In this document: in pieces, positions 35,409-46,200 of the stretch
Layout of the letters: each line of letters begins with the position of its first letter
Numbering within the stretch: the first letter of the stretch is position 1
Translations under genes and position numbers: made by a program
The notes under the pieces: generated by a model
Seen by the model: only the letters and a program-made list of their open reading frames with translations
Database searches by the model: none
Told to the model about the DNA's origin: nothing
DNA from: a virus
Taxonomy: Duplodnaviria; Caudoviricetes
Reading direction: 5' to 3' (one strand)
Virus record (IMG/VR): IMGVR_UViG_3300026549_000051
Span: 32,001-96,000 of that record
Length of the DNA: 64,000 bases

Positions 35409-35618
35409 ATGATGGCGAAGATTGATTTAGCCAACGAAGTTCTTAGACACACTGACGAGGAAATCATTGAGTATTTATATGGGCTGGCCTCGGCCATTTA
35501 CCGACAGTACAATAACGTCGAAAACCCGACAATGCTTCTGTCGGCGTGCGGAGATGTAGAGCAGATTTACGACGTGCTCCGGGCTCTAAATAGACGAAAT
35601 AAAGAAAAAAGTTTATAA
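35409..35618 (+). CDS. Hypothetical protein
   Basis: GGAGG RBS. Confidence 0.6.
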   Translation: MMAKIDLANEVLRHTDEEIIEYLYGLASAIYRQYNNVENPTMLLSACGDVEQIYDVLRALNRRNKEKSL

Positions 35619-35646
35619 TCGAATTATTAAATAATAAGGAGACTTC

Positions 35647-36339
35647 ATGGAAGAAAAACCAGAAGCACCCGCTGCACCAGCTGCAGAGAGTGAAGCAACA
35701 CCTACCAACCCTGAGACGCAGGCCCCTGCACAGCCTGACATGCACGGATTCACAAGCGAACAGCTTGCGGACATGCAAAAATTTTTCCAAGCAAATGGTG
35801 GATACGAAAAAGTAAAGAGTAAAATCAGCAATCCTGAACCAAAACCAGTGGAGCAACCAGCCGAGAAGCCGGTCGAGCAGCCAGTCAATCGACCACAAGA
35901 ACCAGCTTATGTCGCACCAGAAGGTTCGATTACTGCGCAAGAGTTCCTAGCTAAGCAATACTTCGGAGCGTTGGCTCAGGAAGAGAAATACGCTGGCATC
36001 GCTAAAGAGATTGCTAACGGTGATTTGCTAAAAGAGATGGCTAGCTTTAATATCCAGGCGCTTAATCGCGACGGCTCAATTAATGACCAGATGGTGCGTC
36101 GCTACCTAGACTTAAAGGCTCAGACGGTGCCAGCGAAACAAAGCTCTATGGAACCAGGCGCTAGCAGTGCCCCTACCGTGGAGTACGTTCAGGTCGGCGA
36201 GCAAATCAATAGCCTTAACGAAGCCTACGCGGTTATCCGCCAAGACACTCAGCTCAAGCAGAGCGGCATGGCTGGGCATCCAGCTGTGGCAAAGGCCGAG
36301 GAATACATTAAAACTCACTTGAACCCTGAGAAGAAATAA
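35647..36339 (+). CDS. Putative capsid scaffolding protein
   Basis: Pro/Glu-rich disordered N-terminus, helical core, head-gene cluster. Confidence 0.5.
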   Translation: MEEKPEAPAAPAAESEATPTNPETQAPAQPDMHGFTSEQLADMQKFFQANGGYEKVKSKISNPEPKPVEQPAEKPVEQPVNRPQEPAYVAPEGSITAQEFLAKQYFGALAQEEKYAGIAKEIANGDLLKEMASFNIQALNRDGSINDQMVRRYLDLKAQTVPAKQSSMEPGASSAPTVEYVQVGEQINSLNEAYAVIRQDTQLKQSGMAGHPAVAKAEEYIKTHLNPEKK

Positions 36340-36370
36340 CATATAATTAGTAAAACTTCTCCAAAGTTTT

Positions 36371-36405
36371 AAGAACCCCGTTCCTAGATATAGGGGTTCT
36401 TTTTT
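36371..36405 (+). terminator. Intrinsic terminator
   Basis: AAGAACCCC..GGGGTTCTTTTTT. Confidence 0.7.
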
Positions 36406-36441
36406 CTTGTTCGCGTTCCAAATAGTATAGAATATAGGTAT

Positions 36442-38655
36442 ATGGAATCGTTTGACTTTATAGACTGGAACCAGAAGTGGAATTATCCGATTCAGTGGCT
36501 CGAAGAGTCTGATTTCGCCAGGACTTCTTACCACTACTGGTTATGGAGAGCTAGTCTAGCAAAGCTTGGCAAGCCTTGCAAAAATTTGTACCAAGAAGAG
36601 TTGAAGACAAATCTGAAAAACGTAGACAAGGAGGACAGGAAGAAATACGAGTCCCACTGTCAGAGCGTTCCAGAGGGCTCTTCTTTTGCCCTTAAGAAAG
36701 CTGTTGATAACCGCGCCAACCAGATGGCTAGTGGCGTCGATGCGTATGAGTATCAGATTAATGACCCGTACATGATTATCGAGCCAGACACAGAGGACCT
36801 GTTAGCAGCGAAGTGCCAACAAGACTATGTTCAGAACAGGTTGAACATCCTCTCTGCTACTTTCTCCCGCGACCTATCATGGGCTGGCGTAGCGGCCGTC
36901 ATAGTCAAATATGACCCAGTGTCAGACAAGAACTGCGTGCTTCGCGTTAATCCGAAGAATATCTGGTTTGATACTAAATATTCCTCCCTCGGCCTCGAGC
37001 GCTTCCGTGGTTACTCAACGATGATTAGCTGGCGCAAGCTCAAGAAGATGATTGCCGACAATAAAGACGAAGAGGTCAATTTAGACATCAAAGCCCCTGA
37101 CCGCTCTATCTTCAGAGAGGAAGACGACAAGGACGGCAAAAAGAAATACCTCATCGACGAAAAGGCAAAGTATAATAATCGCAAAATCCGCACCCTCAAT
37201 GGTCTGGACATCTATGTTGAGGACTTAAACCGCCTCGCCACATCTACCCAGTTATCTGGCGCGATGAATATGTTTGATGAATATGACCACGACCTTCGCA
37301 CGTGCTATAACCTTAACTGGTACCGCACCTATGCTTCTGACCCGAAGGCTCGAACGAAGTCTCATTACAATGGCGATGACGTCGAGCTCACCGTATTGTA
37401 TGACCTTGACCGCAAGATTGAGTTCAAAATTATTAACCGTCGCTTTGTAATTGCCGCAAATCAGAGAGCATTCCGCCGTAAGATTGCCTTCACGATTACG
37501 AATCCTGTAACCGGCGAACAGAAGACTCGTCTAGACGACTTTTGTCTCGATTGTCCTCTCAAGTTCCAATTTGAAGAGCAGGAGAACATGGACAAGTTCC
37601 CGCATCCATGGGCCCCTGTGTTCTCTCTCCTTGACACCCATGATGAGCTTTGTGCGTGGCGTGCGAAACGTGAGCATGTGAGCAAGATTCTCTCTATTCT
37701 CCGCATCGAAACTAATGGCGCAGATGCCGCTTCTCTCCGTGGTGTGCTTAATATTATGGGCGTTGTGCTTGACGATATTCAGGGCGACATCAACTCTATC
37801 AACTTCCAATATTCCTATGACCCAATCGACAGCGAGATTGCCTTCCGCGAGAACCGTATCCAACAACTTCTTCATGCTTATGATCAGTTTGATGCATTGC
37901 AGGCTATGGGCGACCGCGCGAGCGCTGCCGAGTCTGGTATGGCTTTAGGTGCCGTTGCGCAAGGTCTCTCGACTCATCAGAACGCAATTATGCAACTTTA
38001 CGCAGACATTGCTCGTCAGTGTATTGCCAACCGTGTGGCTTATTCTCCACGCCAAGAGTTCCCAGTTTCCAATTATGGCGACAACTCTTCTATCTCGATT
38101 CAAGAAATGGCGCTTGACGCTATCGTCAACGTAAAACCAGCATTGGCAAAGAAAGTTCAAGAGAAGACGCTCGCCGCTAACGCGATGCAGATTATCGGTA
38201 CGCTTGGCCCGCAACTTAACGAGGAAGGCTTAGCCTACTTAATGGAGCAAGCAATGATGGGCACAATGCCACGCAAGGTCGCCGAACACTTTATTCGTGA
38301 GAAGGGCCCAAGCGAGCAAGAGATGGCGCTAGCGCAACAGCAGGCACAGAATGACGCTCAGATTCTTCAGCAGAACCAACAGATGTATGAACAGAATCCA
38401 ACGCAATACGAGACAGATAATGTACTAGCTACACAAGATCCAGATTCAATTGACGCTATTATAGCGGGTCTTGGACAGGGACAAGAAGCCGCGGTCGACT
38501 CTGGGGATGTTAGTTCTGATATGACGTTCTCCCCGGGCGGACCTGAAGGCTTAGACATGATGTCTCAAGAAGGCGCTATGACTACAGGCGGAGTTCAGGG
38601 GATGACACCTGAATCTGGCGGGGCTTACGCAAATCCTAACGGGTTGGTTGGATAA
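36442..38655 (+). CDS. Putative portal protein
   Basis: 737 aa; RVNPKNIWFD motif, SAAESG segment and Gln-rich tail typical of podovirus portals. Confidence 0.65.
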   Translation: MESFDFIDWNQKWNYPIQWLEESDFARTSYHYWLWRASLAKLGKPCKNLYQEELKTNLKNVDKEDRKKYESHCQSVPEGSSFALKKAVDNRANQMASGVDAYEYQINDPYMIIEPDTEDLLAAKCQQDYVQNRLNILSATFSRDLSWAGVAAVIVKYDPVSDKNCVLRVNPKNIWFDTKYSSLGLERFRGYSTMISWRKLKKMIADNKDEEVNLDIKAPDRSIFREEDDKDGKKKYLIDEKAKYNNRKIRTLNGLDIYVEDLNRLATSTQLSGAMNMFDEYDHDLRTCYNLNWYRTYASDPKARTKSHYNGDDVELTVLYDLDRKIEFKIINRRFVIAANQRAFRRKIAFTITNPVTGEQKTRLDDFCLDCPLKFQFEEQENMDKFPHPWAPVFSLLDTHDELCAWRAKREHVSKILSILRIETNGADAASLRGVLNIMGVVLDDIQGDINSINFQYSYDPIDSEIAFRENRIQQLLHAYDQFDALQAMGDRASAAESGMALGAVAQGLSTHQNAIMQLYADIARQCIANRVAYSPRQEFPVSNYGDNSSISIQEMALDAIVNVKPALAKKVQEKTLAANAMQIIGTLGPQLNEEGLAYLMEQAMMGTMPRKVAEHFIREKGPSEQEMALAQQQAQNDAQILQQNQQMYEQNPTQYETDNVLATQDPDSIDAIIAGLGQGQEAAVDSGDVSSDMTFSPGGPEGLDMMSQEGAMTTGGVQGMTPESGGAYANPNGLVG

Positions 38656-38656
38656 A

Positions 38657-39121
38657 ATGGAGATACTTTTCCCAGACGAAGAAAAGAGAGTAAAAATACT
38701 CTCGTCGATAGACCAGTATAGCAAGTTTATCGCCACTTATGAGCGTGGCGGTTGGACCCCAATCGAGTTTGACCACCTAGACTATATTGAGTGTATTGAT
38801 TGCCAAGGCGGTGATAAGTACAAGGTGGTCACGCACCCTATTATTATTGAGTTCGATGATGTCATTGGGTATCATTTCCCGATTGGTGAGTGCCATATTA
38901 CGGAAGACGAATATCCGCTCTTTGACCAGCATCGAGTGGAATACGAAGAGCTGCCAGAATGTATGGGTGATGGTTTTTATCGTGCCTATAAGGGCGATAA
39001 AGAAATCGTCAATTTTGATGACGCTGGGCTCGGAACGAGAAACAATTATAGGCTAAAGATTGGCCAGGACTATTATTTGGCTAAGGAGTTTTTACCTGCC
39101 GACGATAGGGAAGATTTATAA
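38657..39121 (+). CDS. Hypothetical protein
   Basis: Directly follows the portal. Confidence 0.65.
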   Translation: MEILFPDEEKRVKILSSIDQYSKFIATYERGGWTPIEFDHLDYIECIDCQGGDKYKVVTHPIIIEFDDVIGYHFPIGECHITEDEYPLFDQHRVEYEELPECMGDGFYRAYKGDKEIVNFDDAGLGTRNNYRLKIGQDYYLAKEFLPADDREDL

Positions 39122-39123
39122 TA

Positions 39124-39366
39124 ATGTCAGATATGCCCGCTAATGATCAAATTACTTTAGTCGAAATTCGTGAGCGCCTTGTCCGCATTGAGACTATTCT
39201 GGAAGAACAAGACTATAAGGCAGTCGAGAAAACAGCTGACGATGCCCTGACTCTTGCTAAAAAAAACGACAAGGCAATCGCAGACCTGCAGAGCTATGTT
39301 AAGTGGTTTGTGATGGCGGTGCTCGGCGCGTTTATTGCGGCCGTTTGTGCCCTTGTGCTAAAATAA
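39124..39366 (+). CDS. XhlA-like coiled-coil + single TM protein
   Basis: EIRERLVRIET..KWFVMAVLGAFIAAVCALV. Confidence 0.65.
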   Translation: MSDMPANDQITLVEIRERLVRIETILEEQDYKAVEKTADDALTLAKKNDKAIADLQSYVKWFVMAVLGAFIAAVCALVLK

Positions 39367-39373
39367 AAACGTA

Positions 39374-39447
39374 GCCGGGAGAATCCGAATAAGTATTGGA
39401 GCCTAGACGTAGGAAAGTAGCGAGTGCAAATCTCGTCGCCCGGCCCC
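39374..39447 (+). ncRNA. tRNA-like RNA with truncated anticodon arm
   Basis: Acceptor GCCGGGAG/CGCCCGGC, D-like TCCG/TGGA, CCTA-GACG-TAGG, T-arm GCGAG-TGCAAAT-CTCGT. Confidence 0.6.
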
Positions 39448-39561
39448 CTGTGATATAATCTAGTTATGCCGCCGATGAAGCTCATCGCCCCAGATAATGG
39501 GAGAGGTAAAGAGTACGGCGGTTTTTTTGATGCCGTGAGATAGATATACTATAATGAGATT

Positions 39562-40218
39562 ATGAATCTTGATGACTTTTCTACTGTTGTCGACGACCGC
39601 AGATATATCAATCCGCAGGTCTCTCTCGATGAGCAGAATGCCTTTATCAATAATCTTCGCTCAACCCAGCAAGCAAGGAACGAAGAGATAGCTACCGATA
39701 CATACAATCTCGGTACGGCAGTTCCTAGCAACCTAGGGGGCCTAGGAGGCTCTGGCAGCTATTTCAATGCTCGCTACCAAACCCCGCAGACTAACGCCGT
39801 GGTGGCAGATTTGCGAGCGGCAGCTCAGGCTCAGGCCCTCAACGATGCCATGAATAACGAACTAGCCCAAGCCCAGCAACGATATAATAATGCTTATAAG
39901 GCCTATCAAAAAAGACACGGCGGCAACAACCCGGCTAATCCGACCAATCCAGACGACCCAGGCAAAGAGGGTGGCACCAAATACGAAGGGAAGGACATCC
40001 CAGACATGGACAGGCCCGATATATCGGACTACATATCGGATGGCTACAATTTTAGCAACATGGGCAATCTATTTGGAGAGTCAAAACAATATCCATTGAC
40101 GGTGGACACCCCTACGACCTCGACATCATATTATGACTACACTAGAGACATCAAAGACCCGCAGCAGAGGTCTAGAGCATGGTTAGATTATCTAGATAGC
40201 ATAGGATATGGAGGTTAA
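39562..40218 (+). CDS. Putative internal virion (ejection) protein
   Basis: Precedes the giant protein; Ala/Gln helical and GGLGGSG segments; leaderless start. Confidence 0.55.
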   Translation: MNLDDFSTVVDDRRYINPQVSLDEQNAFINNLRSTQQARNEEIATDTYNLGTAVPSNLGGLGGSGSYFNARYQTPQTNAVVADLRAAAQAQALNDAMNNELAQAQQRYNNAYKAYQKRHGGNNPANPTNPDDPGKEGGTKYEGKDIPDMDRPDISDYISDGYNFSNMGNLFGESKQYPLTVDTPTTSTSYYDYTRDIKDPQQRSRAWLDYLDSIGYGG

Positions 40219-40220
40219 AA

Positions 40221-43200
40221 ATGGCACTCGTGAATAGTCGATCGACGCTTGAGGGCCCTACTTTAGGCACGAACATAGGAGAGGATGTCCGCAGGCAGAA
40301 CGAGGATAGAAAAAATACTGCATTAGTGAATGAGGGCTTGGTAAAAAGCGGAGCGTCGTTCGACCCAACGACACAAGTCGTCGATAAGGCGGGATATGCA
40401 GAGGCTGTGTCGGAATATAACGCGTGGGAGGCTTCCCGGGGCGATTTGATGAAAGCGGCAACTACCGTGCGGCTTAACCCAGACACGGGCGACGTAGAAG
40501 TGAGTGCCCCTAAAAAGGCTCTCAAGAGTCCACTACTAAAACAGAATTATGACGAAGCACTTAAGGCAATTTCCCTCAATTATAAACTGAATCCAGATTA
40601 CAAGTATGCTTTAATGAAGGACTCTTCGGAAACTAAAACGTCAGAAGAATGGGCTGCCGACATTGAAAGACAGCTAAAGGAAGATGTCCCACGTTTTATT
40701 GCTCGAGAAGAGCAGAAGGACGCGCTTAAAGAGCAAACTGGTCTTGATTTCAGCGACGAAGACTTGACGAAAATGGCCACTGTCGCTCTTGAGTACAATA
40801 ACGAAAACGGAGAGACCGTATTAGTAAAAGACGATACGCGGCAGTCAGTGCCTAAGCAGATCGTCGAAATGGAGGCTTTTGAGCCTATCCGAGAGAGTTA
40901 TGATGAAGAATCTGGCACGTTTGAATGGAAAGACCTAAAGGAAGTATGGGACCGCGATAAAACTTCGGATGAGGCCATCCTAGACGTTTACAAGATTGTC
41001 GATGAATACTTCTCTAAAGGAGAGTTCACGGACCCGACCGAGTACGCCCAGATGTCGGCGTTCTACCAGTTCGCCGAAGGTAAAGACCCGTCAATAAAAT
41101 GGTACAGGGGCGCGGTGCTTACGGCCGGGGAAGTTCTTATGGGGGCGTGGGAAGGGACAGCGAATTTTACGCAGAGCATATTGTCAGCGGCTGACACGGT
41201 GGGCACTCTGGCCGGCAATGCCATTGAAGCGGCGTCCTATGCTATGTCATCGGGGGAGAGCATAGGGGAAGCTTGGCAGGCGGCAAAGGCTACAGACACG
41301 AAGAGCTTTGTCGAACAGTGTAACGAAGATTTAGATAGGTTTATTGCTGACAGACAAAAAGAGCAGAGGGTTCTGAGCGATCAGGCCGCAGCCGCGAACG
41401 CAATAAGCTCGACGCTGACAGCCGTAGGCGCACAGATAGTAGCGTCCATTGTAGTTGGCAACGTGGCGGCGGATGTGGCGAAAGGGGCCGTAGGTGGCGC
41501 TGTTGCAAGGGCGGCGTCCGGCTTTGGCAAAACGGCTAATAGTTTAGCCACTATTACTGCATCTAATATCGCAAGTGGCGCTTTAACCGCAGAGGAATTA
41601 ACTAGTACCGTATATTCTGGCACGGCCGTCTTACTTACTCTTGCAGATGCGGCAACTGCTGCAAAAGCTTTTGCTACTGCGGCATCGGCGGTAAGGGGCA
41701 TAACAATAGCCTCTAAAATCGTAGTAAGCGCAGCTGATGTCATGGGGCAAGCCATCGTGGATGTTACATTAAGTGACAAAAAGCTATTTCGCCAATTGAT
41801 GTTGTCTGGGGACCAGGAGGCAAAAGAATATGCAATTCAGCAGTTAAGCCAGAATGTCATAGGTGAGGTTTCTGGGGTGGCTCTTGGTCGCGCAGTGAAA
41901 GGCCTTGCAAAAACCGAAGTGGGGCGCGTTGTAAACGCCAAGGCATCCACAAGGATTGCGGCGCTAAAGGCATCCATTGGCCAGACTGCCGACAATTTGA
42001 AGATTAGTTGGTTCCATAAAGGGAATGAAGAATGGCTACTAGAAAAAGCCAAACGGCTAGGGGATGAAGCCAAGAAGTCTGAGGGGCAATGGTATGGAAT
42101 ATGGGCGAGCAACCGCGCTGCTAGGGCCGAGCGTCAATTGCGGGCTTATGGCGCAAATCTAATATCGCGACAGGCAAACAGGAAGGTTGGCGAGCTCGCC
42201 GGAACGATTACTGCCGATTCTTGGGACGATTTAGTGGTCACTGCAGACGACGTTTTAAGCAAGTCGAAAATAACTCTTGCTAGAGCAAACAACCTGATAG
42301 ATAGCATTTATAAGGGTGATATTGCGGCCACAGAAGCAGCTATTATGATGGATAATCCAAAGTTAGAGGCTGCGAGAAAGGCCGTAGTAGACGAAATCAC
42401 CAACGTCGTAAAAGCGGAACAGGCGGCGGGCATTGCATCGAAGGCAAAGAAGATTAAGATTGCCGATTCCGGTAACGTTGTGACTGTGATGAGCGAAGAG
42501 ACCAACAGATATGCCAATGCTATGGTCCGCGCCCGTTATGCAGAGGCTTATATCGGTTTGGCTTCAGATGGAAACGAAATCGCGAAAGCAAAGAAAGAAT
42601 TAGAAAGCTTACGCCCAATTATTGAAAAATTTGAGACAGAACAGCCACAGGAATTGATTGACGCCGTTAATAGCTATGAGCGCTCTGTAGCTCGTGCATA
42701 TGAAGAGATTGGCAACACCAGGAAGTCTCTTGGGCTAATTTCCGAAGATGAACTTACTGCCATGAGGGAATCTGGGTTCTTTGCCGAGGGATATATAAGA
42801 CAGCAGCGAATCAAGGGCTGGGAAGAGTACCGTTCGCTCGGTGGGCGCTTACACATCCATGAAGTGCGCGGCACCCAACATTGGAAATGGGGGTCGACCG
42901 ACACTGATTGGCAAGATATGTCCTTGGTGCTCTTTGACGACATAGAAGAAATAGCTCGCCAATATCAGCGGAAGAAGAACATAGAGACTCTGAAATATCT
43001 TGGCATCGAAATAAAGACTGTTGTCGGCGAAGATGGTGTCCGGATTGTAGATGAAGTAAATCCGGTTCGTAAGAAAGCCGCCGCTACTCTTTCTCGGAGT
43101 ACAAAGAATGCGGTCAGAGACTTTGGCGATAAGGTCGAAACGGCTGTTAGTGATAGTTTCGTGGCCCAGAAGACACACACTGTAGTAAACCAAGCAGAAA

Positions 43201-46200
43201 CGAATGCAATTCTGTCAGGGGCGTCATTAGGAGCAGCAGAAACCAAGCCACTGCGCAAGATTACTAGTAGAGAGAGGACGGCTTTTGTAAAGCAGCTTTA
43301 TCCTGAGACCGGGCTAGATGAGCTTGTCCTGCTTAATCAGGCCTCCCCGTTCTCAATAGCAGTCACCGACGATAAGAGTTTTTCTTCGTTCATGGAAGCC
43401 CTAGACTCTAGGACGCGACGATACCTTGAACGGAGCATGGACGAGCAGGCAGGGTACTTATATGAAGCTAGGAAGAAAACGACAATACCGGAAGTTAAGG
43501 CATCGCCATCAGTCGTCGACGGCCAGGCTGCGGCGTTGCCGTCTTCAGGCAAGGCTAACTACACGTTCAGCAATTTAGAACTGCTCATGGCGAACGATCC
43601 AGATTTCTCCACGAAATTGAAACAGCAATATGTCTTAAATAATAAGGAGCTAGCTGAAAGTGCCAGCTTGGAGCGTGCCATCGAGTCCCAGAAGCGCGGC
43701 AAGGCGATGTTTGATGCAAACACTAAATATCAATCTGATATGTTGCGGTTGAACAAGCTTCGCGCGAAATACAACCTTGAAGCTCTCGACGATAAATACA
43801 TCGAATCAATGGACAGTATTATAGATGATATTATTGATGCGAATATTGAGGACAAAAACGTCAACCAGGCATTTTGGGCTTTAGGGGACGCTACGGCTGG
43901 CGGTGATGACCTAATTGAGTATGCGACGTTGCGTTCGCTGAATGCACAGAAGAGAAAAGTAGTAGGGGCGTATCAGGAAGCGGCTGAAAAGACTATGAAC
44001 TCTGCGATTACTGGTGACGTCTTAAAGAAATATGCCAACGACAAAGAAGCTTTAGCGAAGGCGAAACTCAGAATCAAGAAACACGCAAGAGAATACGCAA
44101 AAAATGCCGCGGAGCTTTTTGAAACACGGCTCGTGGACAGATACGGCGAGGTGGCCAGTCGGTTGGCGGCCCAGGGGAGCGACGTAGTTAATCGAAAAGA
44201 CTATTGGAGCATAGTAGACGAGTTAAATAAAGAAATTGCCGGAGCTTCAAAGACGTCTAACGTAATAAAAACTTATGGGGCACACGGGTATGAAGAGTAT
44301 GTCGAGCTTTCTCCTACAATTGCAAGTATGTTCACTATGCGTCCTCGGCCAATCCGTCGCGGTCCATTCGGGGCTATACAACAGGCATTCGTGCGTACTT
44401 TTCGCGCCGGTACAACAGGTGGTTTTATTCCCGGATCTCTCGTTAACCAGGGGTTCCGAGATTTTGGCAATGCAATAGTTGCGGGAAATGCGTGGCACAC
44501 CAGCAGCACAGTCAAAAGAGTATTAACTGAGAACTTTGGCGAAGACTTAGCGGAAAGACTGCAAAATGAATTGCCAGACGTTTTCGAGAGCCTATTAAAA
44601 AAGTCGGATGAAACTGGCAAAAGCGTCGGCGAGCTAGCCGTGCAGATGGAACTGGATAGAGGCGCGGCGAATGTTAGCTCCGAGCTTGAAACACAGATAT
44701 ATCAGTTTGGGCGCGAGGCTAGGATTGCTCGCAATAGCCGAGGCGTATATGACCAAACCGCGTTGGAGAAGATCACGGATGCCGTAGATAACGTGCAAAG
44801 AAAAAGAGAGGCACTTAATACTATGCGCGAGACCTACCTGCGTAACCGAGTGTACAACAATAACCTGCTCGAAGCCCTTAATAGTGGCATGGCGTTAGAC
44901 GATGCTCGCGAAGTAGCGAAGTTCATGCAGGCGGAGGCCACCACGAACTTCGCACGTCGTTCGTATCATTTAGCTAATCTGTCTGAAACAGTCCCATATC
45001 TCGGTGCAGCTATCAATGGCCAAAAATCATTTTGGCGGCTCTTCTCGATTGACCCGGTTGGGATGTCGACCAGAATTGTCGGCGGGTTCGTAGTACCAAT
45101 CATCGCACTCACAGCACATTCTTTATCTACAGAAGAGAACAGAAGAATTTACAAGCAAATTCCAGAATATGCCAAATCGGATTCTTTGACATTCGTGACT
45201 GAGGGACAGGTTTTCTCTATTCCTATCCCGCAGGAGTTAGGCGCCTTTGTGTCGGCGACGCAGCACATGGTTGAGAGTATGGCGGACGCCAGTGACTCTT
45301 CGTTTGCCGAACTGATGGCTAACGACCTTCTTGGGGCATTTCCTATTGACCTAAGTGGTTTTATGGGGCTAGATAGCGATAAAATTACTGAGGGCAATCT
45401 TGCGACAGACCATCTTGTCCCAGGGTTTGTGAAGATGTCTTCGCAATTAATGCCGCCATTAGTCAAATCCGGTTTTATGCTTGCTACTGGCATAGACCCG
45501 TTCACGATGAAGCAGATTGATACTGCACACACGACAACAGACCCGGAGACTGGGGAAAGAGTTGTGATGGATTATACTTCTGGATACGCGGCCAAGGCCA
45601 TAAGCAAGATTTTAGGAGATAAAATATCAGCACAGATGGCGCAGAAGATTTTGTCAAATATCTTTGGCACGGGCGGAATGCTTTATGTCGACGGGTTGGC
45701 TGACTTAGCCACAGCTGCATTTGATAATGAAAAAAGTTTCCTCGAAGATGGAGTTGGCGGTTTCGCGCAGGACTTGCTCGAGAACGGCTTGAACCGGTTA
45801 ACGGTCCCACGCTACGGAGAAGAGAGCAATCTTGCATGGAATCGCGCAGTAGCCCAGCTTTACAAAGAGAAAGCCGCGTTGCTGTCTGACCCTGAATACC
45901 AGGATGACCTGAAGGCGCTCAGTGATAAGACTATCTCTGATAGTGCAAGGAAGAAGATTGAAAGTCGGCTGAAAACTCGCCAACACGAGTACATGCAAAA
46001 AGTGCTCGACGCGGCGAATAATCTCGTCGACAACTATGGCGGAACCTTTGACCGCTACAAGTTTGGAGCTGTCCTTTCGCTAATGAACCTTGATACTGAT
46101 TCCGTTAATGAGAACCCGTATGATGCGTATGCGACCTATCTTACGAAGCAAGAATGGAATCTGAATAAAGCCGCGGCTATTGAGACTATGCAAGAAATGG

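Noticed and set aside
39374-39447. Canonical tRNA gene
   Set aside because: No 7-nt anticodon loop; reported as tRNA-like instead.
39466-39530. Hammerhead ribozyme (CCGATGA)
   Set aside because: No CUGAUGA core and no correctly placed GAAA; the motif is paired within a simple hairpin.
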